A stretch of DNA of 64,000 bases from Syntrophomonadaceae bacterium (lineage in GTDB: Bacteria; Bacillota; Syntrophomonadia; Syntrophomonadales; DTU052): NCBI GenBank assembly GCA_012728655.1, contig JAAYEQ010000026.1, forward strand, positions 28,392 to 92,391, in the 5' to 3' direction. Numbering within the stretch: the stretch's first letter is position 1; each line of letters begins with the position of its first letter. Below are positions 29,385 through 40,089 of the stretch, one piece after another. The notes beneath the pieces were generated by a model. That model ran no database searches, was not told the origin of the DNA, and saw only the letters and a list, made by a program, of their open reading frames with translations. Made by a program: the position numbers and the translations under genes.

Positions 29385-29702
29385 ATGACACATATTCCCT
29401 GGTTTGTGAACGAGTACGGTAATTTTGACAGCATATTCTGCGAGCAGGTGAAAAAGGTAATCGAGATGGCCATGGCTCCCGGGGTTCTGGATGCCAAGAC
29501 CAAAGTGCTGATAGTCCTGGCGCTCGATACGCTGAAAGGCGCGGCCGAAGGCGTCAGAGTCCTGGCTGCTCAGGCTCGGGAACTGGGGGCTACCGATCAA
29601 GAAATAGCGGAAGCCATACGTCTGGCCTATTATGTTGCCGGCATGGACCCGCTTAAGACCGGCCTCAACGCCTTTCAGCCAAGGCCGCATAAGAACGATT
29701 AA
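29385..29702 (+). CDS. carboxymuconolactone decarboxylase (AhpD-like) family protein
   Basis: 105 aa. LDAKTKVLIVLALDTLKGAAEGV...GATDQEIAEAI fits the CMD fold pattern. SD AAGGAAG. Confidence 0.65.
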   Translation: MTHIPWFVNEYGNFDSIFCEQVKKVIEMAMAPGVLDAKTKVLIVLALDTLKGAAEGVRVLAAQARELGATDQEIAEAIRLAYYVAGMDPLKTGLNAFQPRPHKND

Positions 29703-29801
29703 CCGTGCAGGCCCATCCGGGGCGGGGGACCGTCATCGATACCGGACCGCCTGCATGATATATAGAAAATAAAGTCGGTGCTCCACGGGAGGGGATTTTG
29801 T

Positions 29802-30515
29802 TTGTTTAAAGCGGTGCTGTTTGACCTGGATGGAACACTGCTGGATATCGATATGTACGTCTTTATACAGCATTATTTTACCAAAATGGTGCAAATGGCC
29901 CAGGAGCGTAATCTGAAGTGCAACGACCTGGTGGAGAGTCTGTGGAAGTCAACCGCGGCCATGATCGAGAACAAGGACCCGCAGTTGACCAACCAGGAGG
30001 TTTTTGAACGGCATTTCTTCGAGAATACTTCTTACGATCCGGATGTGTACCGTCCATTTTTTGATGAGTTCTATGAACGGGGATTTGACCAGCTTAAAGG
30101 TCTGGCCCGTCCCTTTCCGGAAACGCGCGCGGTGGTGGAAGAGGTGTTTTCTCACGGCTGCAAGGTGGTCATAGCCACGCAGCCGGTCTTTCCGGATCTG
30201 GCTATACGCAAGCGTTTGGACTGGGCAGGGGTGGGAAGCTTTGACTACCAGATGGTTACCACTTATGAGATCATGCACTACACCAAACCGCATACCGAGT
30301 ACTATCTCGAGATTGCGGAAGCGATCGGGGTGGCGCCGGAGGACTGCCTGATGATAGGAAACGATGTGGGCGAGGACCTGACCGCGGCGCAGGCGGGGAT
30401 GAAGACTTTCCTGGTAAAGAACCGCATGATCAACCAGCGCAACCTGCCGATCAAGGTGGACTGGCAGGGCTACCTGTCCGACCTGTTAAGGTTTGTGAAA
30501 AGCTGGAGGGGATAG
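29802..30515 (+). CDS. HAD family hydrolase
   Basis: Start moved to TTG 29802 (SD GGGAGGGGA 6 nt upstream). Motif I FDLDGTLLD. Motif IV GNDVGEDL. Confidence 0.75.
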   Translation: MFKAVLFDLDGTLLDIDMYVFIQHYFTKMVQMAQERNLKCNDLVESLWKSTAAMIENKDPQLTNQEVFERHFFENTSYDPDVYRPFFDEFYERGFDQLKGLARPFPETRAVVEEVFSHGCKVVIATQPVFPDLAIRKRLDWAGVGSFDYQMVTTYEIMHYTKPHTEYYLEIAEAIGVAPEDCLMIGNDVGEDLTAAQAGMKTFLVKNRMINQRNLPIKVDWQGYLSDLLRFVKSWRG

Positions 30516-30605
30516 GGGAGGTCGCAGCCGGTGTGACCGCACCGGAAACTGAGGCGGCCAAGCCTGGAAAGAGACAAGCTTGGATGGGGAAAAGGAGAGA
30601 TAGCA

Positions 30606-31067
30606 GTGTCTGTAGAAAGAGTACAGAGCTACCTGGAACAGTATAACCCTGCTCTGAGGGTAATAGTATTTGAAGACGATACCAGCACCAGTGAACTGGC
30701 AGCACAAGCCCTGGGGGTTGAAGTAGGACAGATTGCCAAATCCCTGGTTTACAAAAGCAAGACCGGCTTTTTGATGATTGTGGCCGCCGGGGATGTGCGC
30801 CTGGACGGCAAGCTGATCAAGGAGTTGGCGGGAAGCAGGGTGCGCATGGCTACTCCTGAGGAGACCCTGGAGGTTACCGGCCACCCGGTGGGAGGGGTGT
30901 GTCCCTTCGACCTGAAGAGCCCGATTCCCATCTATCTGGACGAGAGTTTGAAAAGGTTTGATGTGGTTTACGCTGCCGCCGGCAGCCCCAACTCGGCTCT
31001 TCCTATAACATATGAAGAGCTCAAGCGGATCACCGGCGGGACCCCATGTTCAGTTTTCATGAGATAG
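30606..31067 (+). CDS. ybaK: YbaK/EbsC family aminoacyl-tRNA deacylase
   Basis: GTG start with SD AAAGGAGAG. IAKSLVYK...GHPVGGVCPF is the YbaK editing-domain motif. Confidence 0.75.
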   Translation: MSVERVQSYLEQYNPALRVIVFEDDTSTSELAAQALGVEVGQIAKSLVYKSKTGFLMIVAAGDVRLDGKLIKELAGSRVRMATPEETLEVTGHPVGGVCPFDLKSPIPIYLDESLKRFDVVYAAAGSPNSALPITYEELKRITGGTPCSVFMR

Positions 31068-31075
31068 GAGTAAAA

Positions 31076-34000
31076 ATGAGTTCTTTCGTTCACCTGCACA
31101 CTCATTCGGAATACAGTCTCCTGGACGGTGCCGCCCGGGTGAAAGGTCTGGTGCAGAAGGCGGTGCAGGAGGGGATGCCGGCTCTGGCCATAACCGACCA
31201 CGGTGTCCTTTACGCGGCCATTGATTTTTACAAAGAAGCAAAAAAATGTGATTTAAAGCCGATCATTGGCTTTGAAGCCTATGTGGCCCGGCGGAGTCGT
31301 CTCGATCGGGTTCCCAAGCTGGACGACTCGCAGTATCACCTCATCCTGCTGGCCCGGGATGAAGAGGGATACAGGAATCTGCTGCAGCTCTGCAGTCGCG
31401 CCTCCCTGGAAGGGTTCTATTACAAACCGCGGATCGACAGGGAGCTGCTGGAGAAATACCACCGCGGCCTGATAGCCCTCTCCGGCTGCATTGCCGGAGA
31501 GATACCGGAATTGATCCTGTCCGGCAGGATAGCGGAAGCGGAGGCGACCGCTGCGTATTACCGGGAACTCCTGGGAGCGGATAATTTTTACCTGGAGATG
31601 CAATACCACGGAATGCCCGAGCAGCAGGTGATCAACCGAGAACTGGTCCGCATGGCGCGCAAACTGAACCTGCCGCTGGTGGCCACCAACGATATCCACT
31701 ACCTGGAGAAGAGCGACGCCTTCTACCAGGATGTCCTCCTCTGTATTCAGACCGGAAAGACCATCAATGATGAGAACCGCATGCGGTTTTCATCGGCGGA
31801 GTACTACTTTAAATCGGCCCGTGAAATGGAGGAGATTTTTCGTGAGGTGCCGGAGGCCATTGCCAATACCCTGAGGATCGCCGAGAGGTGCAACCTGGAG
31901 TTCAACTTCAATGAGTTTTGCCTGCCGAGCTTTGAGGTACCTGCGGGGGAGACCCCGGAGAGCTACTTAAGGAAACTTGTTTACCAGCGTCTGCCCCAAA
32001 AGTATCCCGATTATGACCGCCGGGTAACCGACCGGCTGGAGTATGAACTGGAAGTAATCAACCGCATGGGATTTGCGGGATATTTCCTGATCGTGCAGGA
32101 CCTGGTCAACTGGGCCAGGGAACGCGGCATCGCAGTTGGTCCCGGCCGCGGATCGGCCGCCGGCAGCCTGGTATCCTATCTGCTCTCCATTACCACTATT
32201 GATCCCCTCCGCTACGGATTGCTTTTTGAGCGCTTTCTGAACCCAGAGCGGGTTTCAATGCCGGACATTGATATTGATTTCTGCTTTGAGCGCCGCGACG
32301 AAGTGATCGACTATATTGTGAGGCGTTACGGGCATGATAGGGTGGCCCAGATTATAACCTTTGGAACCATGGCGGCCCGAGCCGCCATTCGGGATGTGGG
32401 AAGGGCTTTGGATTATCCCTATGCCGAGGTTGACCGGATAGCGAGGATGATACCCAATGAACTGGGAGTAACCCTGGCCCGCAGCCTGGAGATTTCTCCT
32501 GAACTGATCGAGGCTTACCGGAACGATTACCGGGTACGGCGCCTGGTGGATACGGCGCGGGCTTTAGAGGGCATGCCCCGCCATGCCTCGGTTCACGCCG
32601 CCGGGGTGGTGATCGGAAGCGAAGAATTGATGAATCTGCTGCCCCTGCAGCGGACTGTTGACGGCCACGTCGTCACCCAGTTTGCCAAGGAAACGGTGGA
32701 GGAAATAGGACTTCTGAAAATGGATATTCTTGGGCTTCGCACCCTGACGGTTATCCAGCGGACCCTGAACATCCTGGAGAAAACCCGCGGAATAAAGCTT
32801 AATTTGGACGAGCTGCCCCTGGATGATGCAGAAGCCTACAGTCTCCTGTCCCGGGGAGAAACACTGGGGGTGTTCCAGTTGGAAAGTGAAGGCATGCGCC
32901 GCCTGCTGATCGAGATGGAACCAAACCGGTTCGAGGATCTGATCGCTATCAATGCTCTTTACCGTCCCGGACCGCTGGGAAGCGGGATGGTGGAGGATTA
33001 TATCAACCGCAGGCGCGGGCGGCAGGAGATATCATATGTTGATCCTATGCTGGAACCGGTCCTGGAGGAGACCTACGGCGTGTTCCTTTATCAGGAGCAG
33101 GTTATGCAGGTCGCCAGTGAGCTGGCGGCGTTTACGATGGGTGAAGCCGACGGGCTGCGCCGTGCTATGGGCAAGAAGAAGCCGCAGGAGATAATGAGCC
33201 AGCGGGATAAGTTTATAAGCGGCGCCATGAAACGCGGTATCAGTGAGGAAAAGGCTTCCTATATTTTTGACCTGATGGAGCACTTTGCCGGCTATGGGTT
33301 TAACAAGAGCCACAGTGCCGCCTATGCCATGATCTCCTACCAGACCGCCTATCTTAAAGCTCATTATCCGGCTGAATACATGACGGCGTTCCTGTCCAGT
33401 GTGATTGATAATCAGGACCGGGTGGTATTTTATATTAAAGAGTGCAAGCGCATGGGGATTGAGATCCTGCCCCCGGATATAAATGAGAGTCTTGAGAATT
33501 TCACCATTACCGATGGGAGGATCCGCTTCGGTCTGGGAGCAATCAAGAACGTCGGGGAAGCGGCCTATCACTCGATAATTGAGGCTCGAAAAGAGCGTCC
33601 TTTTACCGATTTGTTGGACTTCTGCCGCCGGGTGGACCTGCGCCAGGTGAACAAGCGGGTCCTGGAAAACCTGATCTGTGCCGGGTGTTTTGACAGCCTG
33701 GGGATGACCCGCCTCGAGGCCATGTCAGTGCTGGATGAGACCCTGGAGATGGCGGCGGGCTTAAAAGCCGCTGAGGAGAGCAACCAGATGACCCTTTTTT
33801 CCTCCGAGGAGCAGATGCCCGAGATTCCCAAGCCGCCAAGACGGGGAGAATGGACGGTGGCTGAGCGGCTGGCTCGGGAAAAGGAGGTCCTGGGGTTTTA
33901 TGTCTCCGGGAACCCTCTGGACGAATACCGGCAGATAATACCGTTCTATGCGACTCATTCGATCGAGGACCTGCCCCGCCTGGAAGACGGGACTGCAGTC

Positions 34001-34462
34001 AGGCTGGCGGGCATGATAAGCGGCCTTAGCCGGCGTCTTAGCAAGAAGGGCGAAACCTGGGCCAGTTTCTTCCTGGAGGACTTTACCGGAAAGGTGGAGG
34101 TTTTGGTGTTCGCCTCCGCCTACCGGCAGTGTGCCGCCGGGATGAAGGCGGAGAAGGCGGTCTGTGTAACCGGCAAGCTGATTAACCGGGAAGAAGAATT
34201 GAAAATTGTGGCCCGGACCGTGACCAGGTTATCCATCGAGGGCCCGGAACTGCATGTGCGCCTTAACGGCAGCAAGGGCAACGGGGAGCCCGACCGCTTG
34301 ATTTCCCTGCTGTCCAAACACCGGGGTGAAGTGCCGGTTTATGTTCATCTGAGCGATAACCGGACGATTAAACTGGACCGCAAATACTGGATAGCCGCCA
34401 GTGACCGGTTGAAGGAGGAGCTGGAAAAGGTGTATGGGGCGGGCAATGTTTATATGTCTTAA
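31076..34462 (+). CDS. dnaE: DNA polymerase III alpha subunit DnaE
   Basis: Start moved to ATG 31076 (SD AGGAG). PHP domain [16 protein letters not shown]. Palm motifs [14 protein letters not shown] and [10 protein letters not shown] fold at the C-terminus. Confidence 0.95.
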   Translation: MSSFVHLHTHSEYSLLDGAARVKGLVQKAVQEGMPALAITDHGVLYAAIDFYKEAKKCDLKPIIGFEAYVARRSRLDRVPKLDDSQYHLILLARDEEGYRNLLQLCSRASLEGFYYKPRIDRELLEKYHRGLIALSGCIAGEIPELILSGRIAEAEATAAYYRELLGADNFYLEMQYHGMPEQQVINRELVRMARKLNLPLVATNDIHYLEKSDAFYQDVLLCIQTGKTINDENRMRFSSAEYYFKSAREMEEIFREVPEAIANTLRIAERCNLEFNFNEFCLPSFEVPAGETPESYLRKLVYQRLPQKYPDYDRRVTDRLEYELEVINRMGFAGYFLIVQDLVNWARERGIAVGPGRGSAAGSLVSYLLSITTIDPLRYGLLFERFLNPERVSMPDIDIDFCFERRDEVIDYIVRRYGHDRVAQIITFGTMAARAAIRDVGRALDYPYAEVDRIARMIPNELGVTLARSLEISPELIEAYRNDYRVRRLVDTARALEGMPRHASVHAAGVVIGSEELMNLLPLQRTVDGHVVTQFAKETVEEIGLLKMDILGLRTLTVIQRTLNILEKTRGIKLNLDELPLDDAEAYSLLSRGETLGVFQLESEGMRRLLIEMEPNRFEDLIAINALYRPGPLGSGMVEDYINRRRGRQEISYVDPMLEPVLEETYGVFLYQEQVMQVASELAAFTMGEADGLRRAMGKKKPQEIMSQRDKFISGAMKRGISEEKASYIFDLMEHFAGYGFNKSHSAAYAMISYQTAYLKAHYPAEYMTAFLSSVIDNQDRVVFYIKECKRMGIEILPPDINESLENFTITDGRIRFGLGAIKNVGEAAYHSIIEARKERPFTDLLDFCRRVDLRQVNKRVLENLICAGCFDSLGMTRLEAMSVLDETLEMAAGLKAAEESNQMTLFSSEEQMPEIPKPPRRGEWTVAERLAREKEVLGFYVSGNPLDEYRQIIPFYATHSIEDLPRLEDGTAVRLAGMISGLSRRLSKKGETWASFFLEDFTGKVEVLVFASAYRQCAAGMKAEKAVCVTGKLINREEELKIVARTVTRLSIEGPELHVRLNGSKGNGEPDRLISLLSKHRGEVPVYVHLSDNRTIKLDRKYWIAASDRLKEELEKVYGAGNVYMS

Positions 34463-34485
34463 TAATAGAGCAGGGGGGATTACCG

Positions 34486-34716
34486 GTGAATGAGGTCTGC
34501 AAATGTGGGGAAGATTATATCGTCGTAAAGGCCTTGGAAAACGGGGTTACCATCATGGGTTTAACCCGGGGGAAGGATACCAAGTTCCACCACAGCGAGA
34601 AACTGGACAAGGGCGAGATCATGGTGGCTCAGTTTACCGAGCATACCTCGGCCATCAAGATCCGCGGCAAGGCGGAGGTTTTGACCGCCCACGGGCGGAT
34701 AACCAGCGCCGATTAG
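34486..34716 (+). CDS. mtrB: trp RNA-binding attenuation protein (TRAP) MtrB
   Basis: GTG start with [64 protein letters not shown] is near-identical in pattern to B. subtilis MtrB, including the K/K/R RNA-contact positions. Confidence 0.9.
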   Translation: MNEVCKCGEDYIVVKALENGVTIMGLTRGKDTKFHHSEKLDKGEIMVAQFTEHTSAIKIRGKAEVLTAHGRITSAD

Positions 34717-34878
34717 TGAACGGGGTGACTCCTTCGCCGCCGCCCGCGGCCAGGAAGCGGGCTCCGGCGGCAAAGAACCTTCGATGCCGATGGGCTCGGT
34801 GACAGTTGGATATAATTCCCGGGGATGAGGGGTGAGATTAAAAAGAGCCATCCCGATTTGAGGAGACGATGAACACCT

Positions 34879-35838
34879 ATGAAACGAGTTGCGGTTTTGA
34901 CCAGCGGTGGAGATGCACCCGGCATGAATGCGGCCATCAGGGCAATCGTCAGGAACTGTGCCCATAAAGGGATAACGGTGTTCGGGGTTAAGCGAGGATT
35001 CTATGGCCTGATATATCACGATTTTATCAACCTGACCGTCAACTCGGTGGGAGACATCATTCATCGCGGAGGCACCATACTGCGCACCTCCCGGACCCGC
35101 GAATTCCGGGATGTGAATATGCGGATGAGGGCCAAAGAAGCTCTTGATTATTTCGGGATCAAGGCTCTTTTTGTTATTGGCGGCAACGGCACCCTGTGCG
35201 GGGGGTACGAGCTCTCCAAACTGGGAGTCAATGTAATCGGTATACCTGCCAGCATTGATAACGATATACCGGGAACCGATGAGGCGATTGGTTTTGACAC
35301 CGCGGTTAATACGGTACTGGATGCCATCAACCGCATCCGGGATACTGCCACCTCCCACGAGCGCATCTTCATAATAGAAGTGATGGGACGCGAATCGGGG
35401 CAGATTGCCCTGGCATCCGGGTTGGCGGGAGGTGCCGAATCCATACTGGTTCCGGAGTTGCCCTATGACCTGGAGGATGTGGTGAAAAGGATCAACGCCG
35501 GCATTGCCCGGGGCAAGCTGCACAGCATAATTGTAGTGGCCGAGGGCTGCTGCAGCGCCATCGAGCTGGGCAAGCAGATTGAGAAGATGAGCCGGCACGA
35601 GACCAGGGTCACGGTGCTGGGGCATACCCAGCGGGGAGGAACGCCTACGGCGGCGGACCGCATCCTGGCTTCACGGCTGGCTACCAAAGCGGTTGAATTG
35701 TTTATCTCCGGTGATTATGGCAAGATGGCCGGTATTCAGGATGGAAAGGTGACCGCCGTCAGCCTGCAGTCGGTGGTGGAAGGCAAGAAGGAACTTAATC
35801 GGGAGCTTTATGAACTGGCTCGAGTTCTTTCAATTTAG
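34879..35838 (+). CDS. pfkA: ATP-dependent 6-phosphofructokinase
   Basis: MKRVAVLTSGGDAPGMNAAIRA, GGNGT, IPASIDNDI, MGRESG. Confidence 0.95.
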   Translation: MKRVAVLTSGGDAPGMNAAIRAIVRNCAHKGITVFGVKRGFYGLIYHDFINLTVNSVGDIIHRGGTILRTSRTREFRDVNMRMRAKEALDYFGIKALFVIGGNGTLCGGYELSKLGVNVIGIPASIDNDIPGTDEAIGFDTAVNTVLDAINRIRDTATSHERIFIIEVMGRESGQIALASGLAGGAESILVPELPYDLEDVVKRINAGIARGKLHSIIVVAEGCCSAIELGKQIEKMSRHETRVTVLGHTQRGGTPTAADRILASRLATKAVELFISGDYGKMAGIQDGKVTAVSLQSVVEGKKELNRELYELARVLSI

Positions 35839-35854
35839 CAAAGGGGAGGAGAAA

Positions 35855-37606
35855 ATGCGCAAGACCAAAATCGTCTGTACCCTGGGGCCGTCGACCGATA
35901 ACCCGGACGTAATAAGGGGATTGATCGAACGGGGGATGGATGTGGCTCGGCTCAATTTCTCTCATGGTACGCGCGAGGAACATCTCTCCCGCATTCGTAT
36001 GGTACGGGAGGCAGCCAAGGCCGCCGGACGCCATATTGCCATTATGCTTGATACCCGGGGTCCGGAGATACGTACCGGCAGCTTGAAGAATGGCCGGGTA
36101 ACGCTTGTTAACGGGCAGAAGTTCATCCTCACCACCCGGGAGATCATCGGTGATGAGCATCAGGTTCAAGTAAGTTTTGACGGCTTTCCCCGGGAGGTAA
36201 AGCCGGGGGACCGTATTCTGCTGTCCGATGGATTCATACAGCTTATGGTGGAGGAGATTGTCGAGGACAAAGATGTAATCTGCCGGGTCGTTTTCGGGGG
36301 AGTGCTGGGGGAGCGTAAGGGTGTCAATATTCCGGGAGTAAGGACCAAAATGCCCTATATGAATGACGAGGACGCAGCGGATATACGCTTTGGATTGGAA
36401 AACGGGATTGACATAATTGCCGCCTCCTTTGTTACTTCACCGGAGGATATACTCCAGATCAGGCAGTTGGTGGAGAGTCACAAACGGGTGGTAGATATAA
36501 TTGCCAAGATCGAGAGCCGGGACGGGGTCGACCGCCTGGATGAGATTATCAAGGTGGCCGACGGGGTAATGGTAGCCCGGGGGGACCTGGGAGTGGACAT
36601 CCCCACGGAAGAGGTTCCCCTGGTACAGAAGGCCATCATCCGGCGGTGCAATGAACTGGGCAAAGTGGTGATTATCGCCACCCAGATGCTGGAATCAATG
36701 ATAAACAACCCCCGCCCCACCAGGGCTGAAGCCTCGGATGTTGCCAATGCCATCTTCGACGGAGCGGATGCCATCATGCTCTCCGGGGAAACCGCAGCCG
36801 GTCGCTATCCCCTGGAGGCGGTTGAGACCATGGCCCGTATCGCCTGCCGCACGGAAGAGGTCCTGCCCTACGACCAGATGCTGCTCAACCGGGGTTTGGG
36901 CGGTGATGCCACGGTAACCGATGCCATAAGCTATGCTACCTGCGCCACCGCCGAGAACCTGGGCATATCAACCATTATAACCGCGACCCAGTCAGGCTCC
37001 ACCGCCAGGATGGTTTCCAAACATCGGCCGCGTTCCAAGATTATTGCGGCGACACCGGATGAGGGGGTGGCCCGGCGTTTGAACCTGGTGTGGGGAGTAA
37101 TTCCCCTCCTGGTGAAGAGAAGTCCGGGAACCGACCAGATGATTGAGGAGTCGGTCACTGCCGGTGTGAAGGCCGGATTCATCCGGGAAGGCGAGATGGT
37201 GGTCATAACCGCCGGGGTGCCCACCGGGGTGCCGGGCACCACAAATCTGCTCAAGGTACATATCGTGGCCGAGGTTCTGGTTTCCGGAACCGGTATCGGC
37301 GAAAGATCGGCTTCGGGGATCGTGCGCCTGGTGGAAAGACCGGACGAACATACATATTTCAACGAGGGCGACATCCTGGTTGCCAGGGCTACCAATGCCG
37401 ATTTCGTCCCCCTGTTTCAAAAGGCAGCAGCGGTGTTGGTTGAGGAAGGCGGGCTGACCTCTCATGCTGCCATTGTGGGGCTGAGCCTGGGAGTACCCGT
37501 GGTAGTGGGGGTGGAAGGAGCAATGGCCAAACTGAAAGACGGGACCTTGGTAACGGTTGATACGGCTCGCGGTCAGGTTTACAAAGGCCTTATCAAGGTG
37601 TTATAA
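35855..37606 (+). CDS. pyk: pyruvate kinase with C-terminal PEP-utilizer mobile domain
   Basis: Start moved to ATG 35855 (SD AAGGGGAGGAG). MRKTKIVCTLGPS...ARLNFSHG...MVARGDLGV. C-terminal GGLTSHAAIVG swivel-domain motif. Confidence 0.95.
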   Translation: MRKTKIVCTLGPSTDNPDVIRGLIERGMDVARLNFSHGTREEHLSRIRMVREAAKAAGRHIAIMLDTRGPEIRTGSLKNGRVTLVNGQKFILTTREIIGDEHQVQVSFDGFPREVKPGDRILLSDGFIQLMVEEIVEDKDVICRVVFGGVLGERKGVNIPGVRTKMPYMNDEDAADIRFGLENGIDIIAASFVTSPEDILQIRQLVESHKRVVDIIAKIESRDGVDRLDEIIKVADGVMVARGDLGVDIPTEEVPLVQKAIIRRCNELGKVVIIATQMLESMINNPRPTRAEASDVANAIFDGADAIMLSGETAAGRYPLEAVETMARIACRTEEVLPYDQMLLNRGLGGDATVTDAISYATCATAENLGISTIITATQSGSTARMVSKHRPRSKIIAATPDEGVARRLNLVWGVIPLLVKRSPGTDQMIEESVTAGVKAGFIREGEMVVITAGVPTGVPGTTNLLKVHIVAEVLVSGTGIGERSASGIVRLVERPDEHTYFNEGDILVARATNADFVPLFQKAAAVLVEEGGLTSHAAIVGLSLGVPVVVGVEGAMAKLKDGTLVTVDTARGQVYKGLIKVL

Positions 37607-37662
37607 ACGGCGGCATGATGATGGGGAACGCGAAGGGGAGCATTTCCCTTGAGGCCGCAGGA

Positions 37663-38118
37663 TCAATAAAATGAACGGGCCTTGTTCAGAGAGAGCCGAT
37701 TGATCATGGAGTCAAGGGTTACGCTGTCCAGGATGCCGGTATTGGCAAGCTGGTTTTCTTCCTGAAAGGATTTCAGCGACTGCGAAAAGGTGGGCTTGGA
37801 GTGGCCCAATTCTTTGAGCATGCGTTTGACTTCCCGGGTTTCTATCGGCGTTAGCTTGGACGAGGAGGCATTTCCGCTTACCGGGATGTTGCCGCTGACG
37901 TATATGGATTCGCCTGATTCGGCGGTATTATTTTCAGCTTGGGCGATCTTGTTTTCATCTTCAGAAGTAGATATCTCAAGATTCGATTGGGAATTGACAG
38001 GTATTTTGGTCTGCTGCACTTTGTAGTTGGTCAGGGCGGAAACAATAGCGACTGTCGATCCCATTACCATAGCCGCAGCAACCAAGAGGACAAAGAAAAC
38101 CACGTGTTCTCTTTTCAT
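37663..38118 (-). CDS. membrane-anchored protein with partial peptidoglycan-binding-like C-terminus
   Basis: N-terminal TM segment (VVFFVLLVAAAMVMGSTVAIV). C-terminal SLKSFQEENQLANTGILDSVTLDSMI resembles PG_binding_1. Confidence 0.5.
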   Translation of the reverse strand: MKREHVVFFVLLVAAAMVMGSTVAIVSALTNYKVQQTKIPVNSQSNLEISTSEDENKIAQAENNTAESGESIYVSGNIPVSGNASSSKLTPIETREVKRMLKELGHSKPTFSQSLKSFQEENQLANTGILDSVTLDSMINRLSLNKARSFY

Positions 38119-38481
38119 ATACGACTCCCCTCCAACCTTATCTTACCTATTAATGGTACAAAATACAACTCAAAAATTAACAATTTGTGCACACGGACTG
38201 CATTTTTTCCCAATTGGGCACGGGAAAACGGGTAAAAACGGTACTCCTCGACATTTCGTCAAGATTATGGTTTCGTTGTTCTTGTTGAAAATGTTTCGAG
38301 TGCAACAATTGTTACCATTGGGGGGCATCCTGGTAGACAAGCCATTCATTAGTGTTATAATTTAAATGTTATAATTAAAAAGGGTTGTAAGATACAACTT
38401 ATCCGTATTGTGACACTGCATCCCAGCGGCCGTACGATTTGCAAAAACTCCGTGACAGGGAAATTTGGAGGGGGGAGCTTA

Positions 38482-39222
38482 TTGCAAGTAAAGTCTTTCA
38501 AGGATTTTTGCGAAGCTTTTAGAGAACTCGCTTATTCCGGAAGGGCTCCGGAAGAAATGGTAATAGAAGGACAAATGATTCTGTCGGAGTATTTGGCCAA
38601 TCCCGATCTGATATTGGACCACCTGGTGAGTGTTACCGAAAGAAGGGCCGACGATGAATTCCTGCCTATAGATGTAAACGAAATCAGTATCTACCGGGAT
38701 GCCAATCGGATGTTTTCGGTGCGTGTTTTTGTTTGGGAACCGAATTACCCGTATCATATTCACGACCACGGTTCTTGGGGTGTAATTGGTTGTCTGGCCA
38801 ATCAGATCCGGGAAACAAAGTACCGCAGGCTGGATGACGGGAGCCAGTGCGACTATGCCGAGCTCGAAGTCCGTTCGGAAGGAATTATTCAGACCGGGCA
38901 GACCACTTTTGTCCTTCCGCTCAATGAAGGGATTCATCGCATGATGGTTTTCGGAAGGAAGCCGGCTCTCAGCATACATGTCTACGGCAAACCAATCCGC
39001 ACTGGTTTTATTCAAGGATTTTTAATGGAGAGCAACTCCGCCTACAAGATGTACCCGGTTAAGGTGCAGAGAAAGATACTTGCCATTCGGGCCCTGGAAG
39101 TGATAGGAACCGAGTGGGCCTCAGAGATCCTGAGAATGTCGGCGCGTGATGATAATGAGATGATCCGCATCATCAGTCAGCAGGCTCTCAAACGGATTGA
39201 GAAACAGCGGGCAGATGAATAG
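38482..39222 (+). CDS. cysteine-dioxygenase-type cupin protein with C-terminal HEAT-like repeat
   Basis: Start moved to TTG 38482 (SD GGAGGGGGGAG). VFVWEPNYPYHIHDHGSWGVIGCL matches the bacterial CDO-type cupin motif. The C-terminal 60 aa look like one HEAT/PBS-lyase repeat. Confidence 0.6.
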   Translation: MQVKSFKDFCEAFRELAYSGRAPEEMVIEGQMILSEYLANPDLILDHLVSVTERRADDEFLPIDVNEISIYRDANRMFSVRVFVWEPNYPYHIHDHGSWGVIGCLANQIRETKYRRLDDGSQCDYAELEVRSEGIIQTGQTTFVLPLNEGIHRMMVFGRKPALSIHVYGKPIRTGFIQGFLMESNSAYKMYPVKVQRKILAIRALEVIGTEWASEILRMSARDDNEMIRIISQQALKRIEKQRADE

Positions 39223-39376
39223 AAGTATGCAGACCATCCCCTCCGTTGACCCGCGTGAGGGTGTTGGATACAAGTAATCGGAGTAAAAAGACCTGTGATA
39301 AAACCGCCAACCGCGTTAAGTGGCCGGGTCTTATCACAGGTCTTATTGTATGCGTTTTTCACAATCACCGGTTAAG

Positions 39377-39401
39377 AAAAAACCGGGTAACCGGTTTTTT
39401 C
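39377..39401. terminator. bidirectional intrinsic terminator
   Basis: AAAAAACCGG gtaa CCGGTTTTTT: short GC stem flanked by an A-run and a T-run. Sits between convergent genes. Confidence 0.6.
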
Positions 39402-39423
39402 TGTATGAAAGCATTTGTTGGTA

Positions 39424-39651
39424 TTAATCGATGGTTTTGAGGTCACGGCAAATGGCGACGATTTCACATATCGGAATGTAGCAAATGTCGCATCCGGAAA
39501 CGGTGATGAAGTCGGAGTTTACATCTGTCAATATGCCACAGATCCATTCCTTGTCGCCTTCAGTTAACACCTTGACCCGAAAATTTAGCAGGCTGCAGAG
39601 GAGCCCGAAAAAATTCCGCCTACCGATACCGCATCCCAAACCGACAGCCAT
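39424..39651 (-). CDS. small DUF2642-like (spore-associated) protein
   Basis: SD AAGGAGGG 6 nt upstream. Core FRVKVLTEGDKEWICGILTDVNSDFITVS...IPICEIVAI. Paralogous to the C-terminus of the next gene. Confidence 0.65.
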   Translation of the reverse strand: MAVGLGCGIGRRNFFGLLCSLLNFRVKVLTEGDKEWICGILTDVNSDFITVSGCDICYIPICEIVAICRDLKTID

Positions 39652-39735
39652 GATATCCCTCCTTTTAAGTGAATACTCGCCGTTTTAGGCCAGTTCTGGT
39701 TTATACTATTCGGTGCCATTTCCATTTGTTACACA

Positions 39736-40089
39736 CTATTCCGGCGAAAAAAGTTGCGGAACCGAAACCGTAACAGCCGCAATCATGTGCAGCGGGATGA
39801 ATGCGGCCTGCGGAGGGTTGGCCCGTTGGGACAGGGTGAGAAAATCCGGGTTAACTGTAGTAAGGATTCCCTGGAATGAACTGGAGCTGGTGGTGTGCAC
39901 CGTTACTTGGTGGTTGATGAGGGTCAGCAAGTGATCGCCGAACCTCATAGGCGCAGCAAGGGGGTCGGGACTCGGGCGGGATTGGCTTTGGCTGCGGATG
40001 AGGAGGAGAAGCAGCAGCAGTATAAGGAGCCTCCGGCTGTCCACGATGAACTCCCCCCATAATAAAATTCCCTGGTAAAGTATATACAT
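39736..40089 (-). CDS. DUF2642-like protein, N-terminus and reading frame uncertain
   Basis: The C-terminal core HQVTVHTTSSSSFQGILTTVNPDFLTLS...IPLHMIAAV is credible. Upstream, two frames stay open (39851-40108 encodes a Pro-rich MYDPGFDVY... peptide). No SD before the internal ATG. Confidence 0.45.
   Translation of the reverse strand: MYILYQGILLWGEFIVDSRRLLILLLLLLLIRSQSQSRPSPDPLAAPMRFGDHLLTLINHQVTVHTTSSSSFQGILTTVNPDFLTLSQRANPPQAAFIPLHMIAAVTVSVPQLFSPE

Noticed and set aside
34561-35625. 354-aa minus-strand ORF
   Set aside because: It is antisense to pfkA, whose identity is unambiguous, so this is a shadow ORF.
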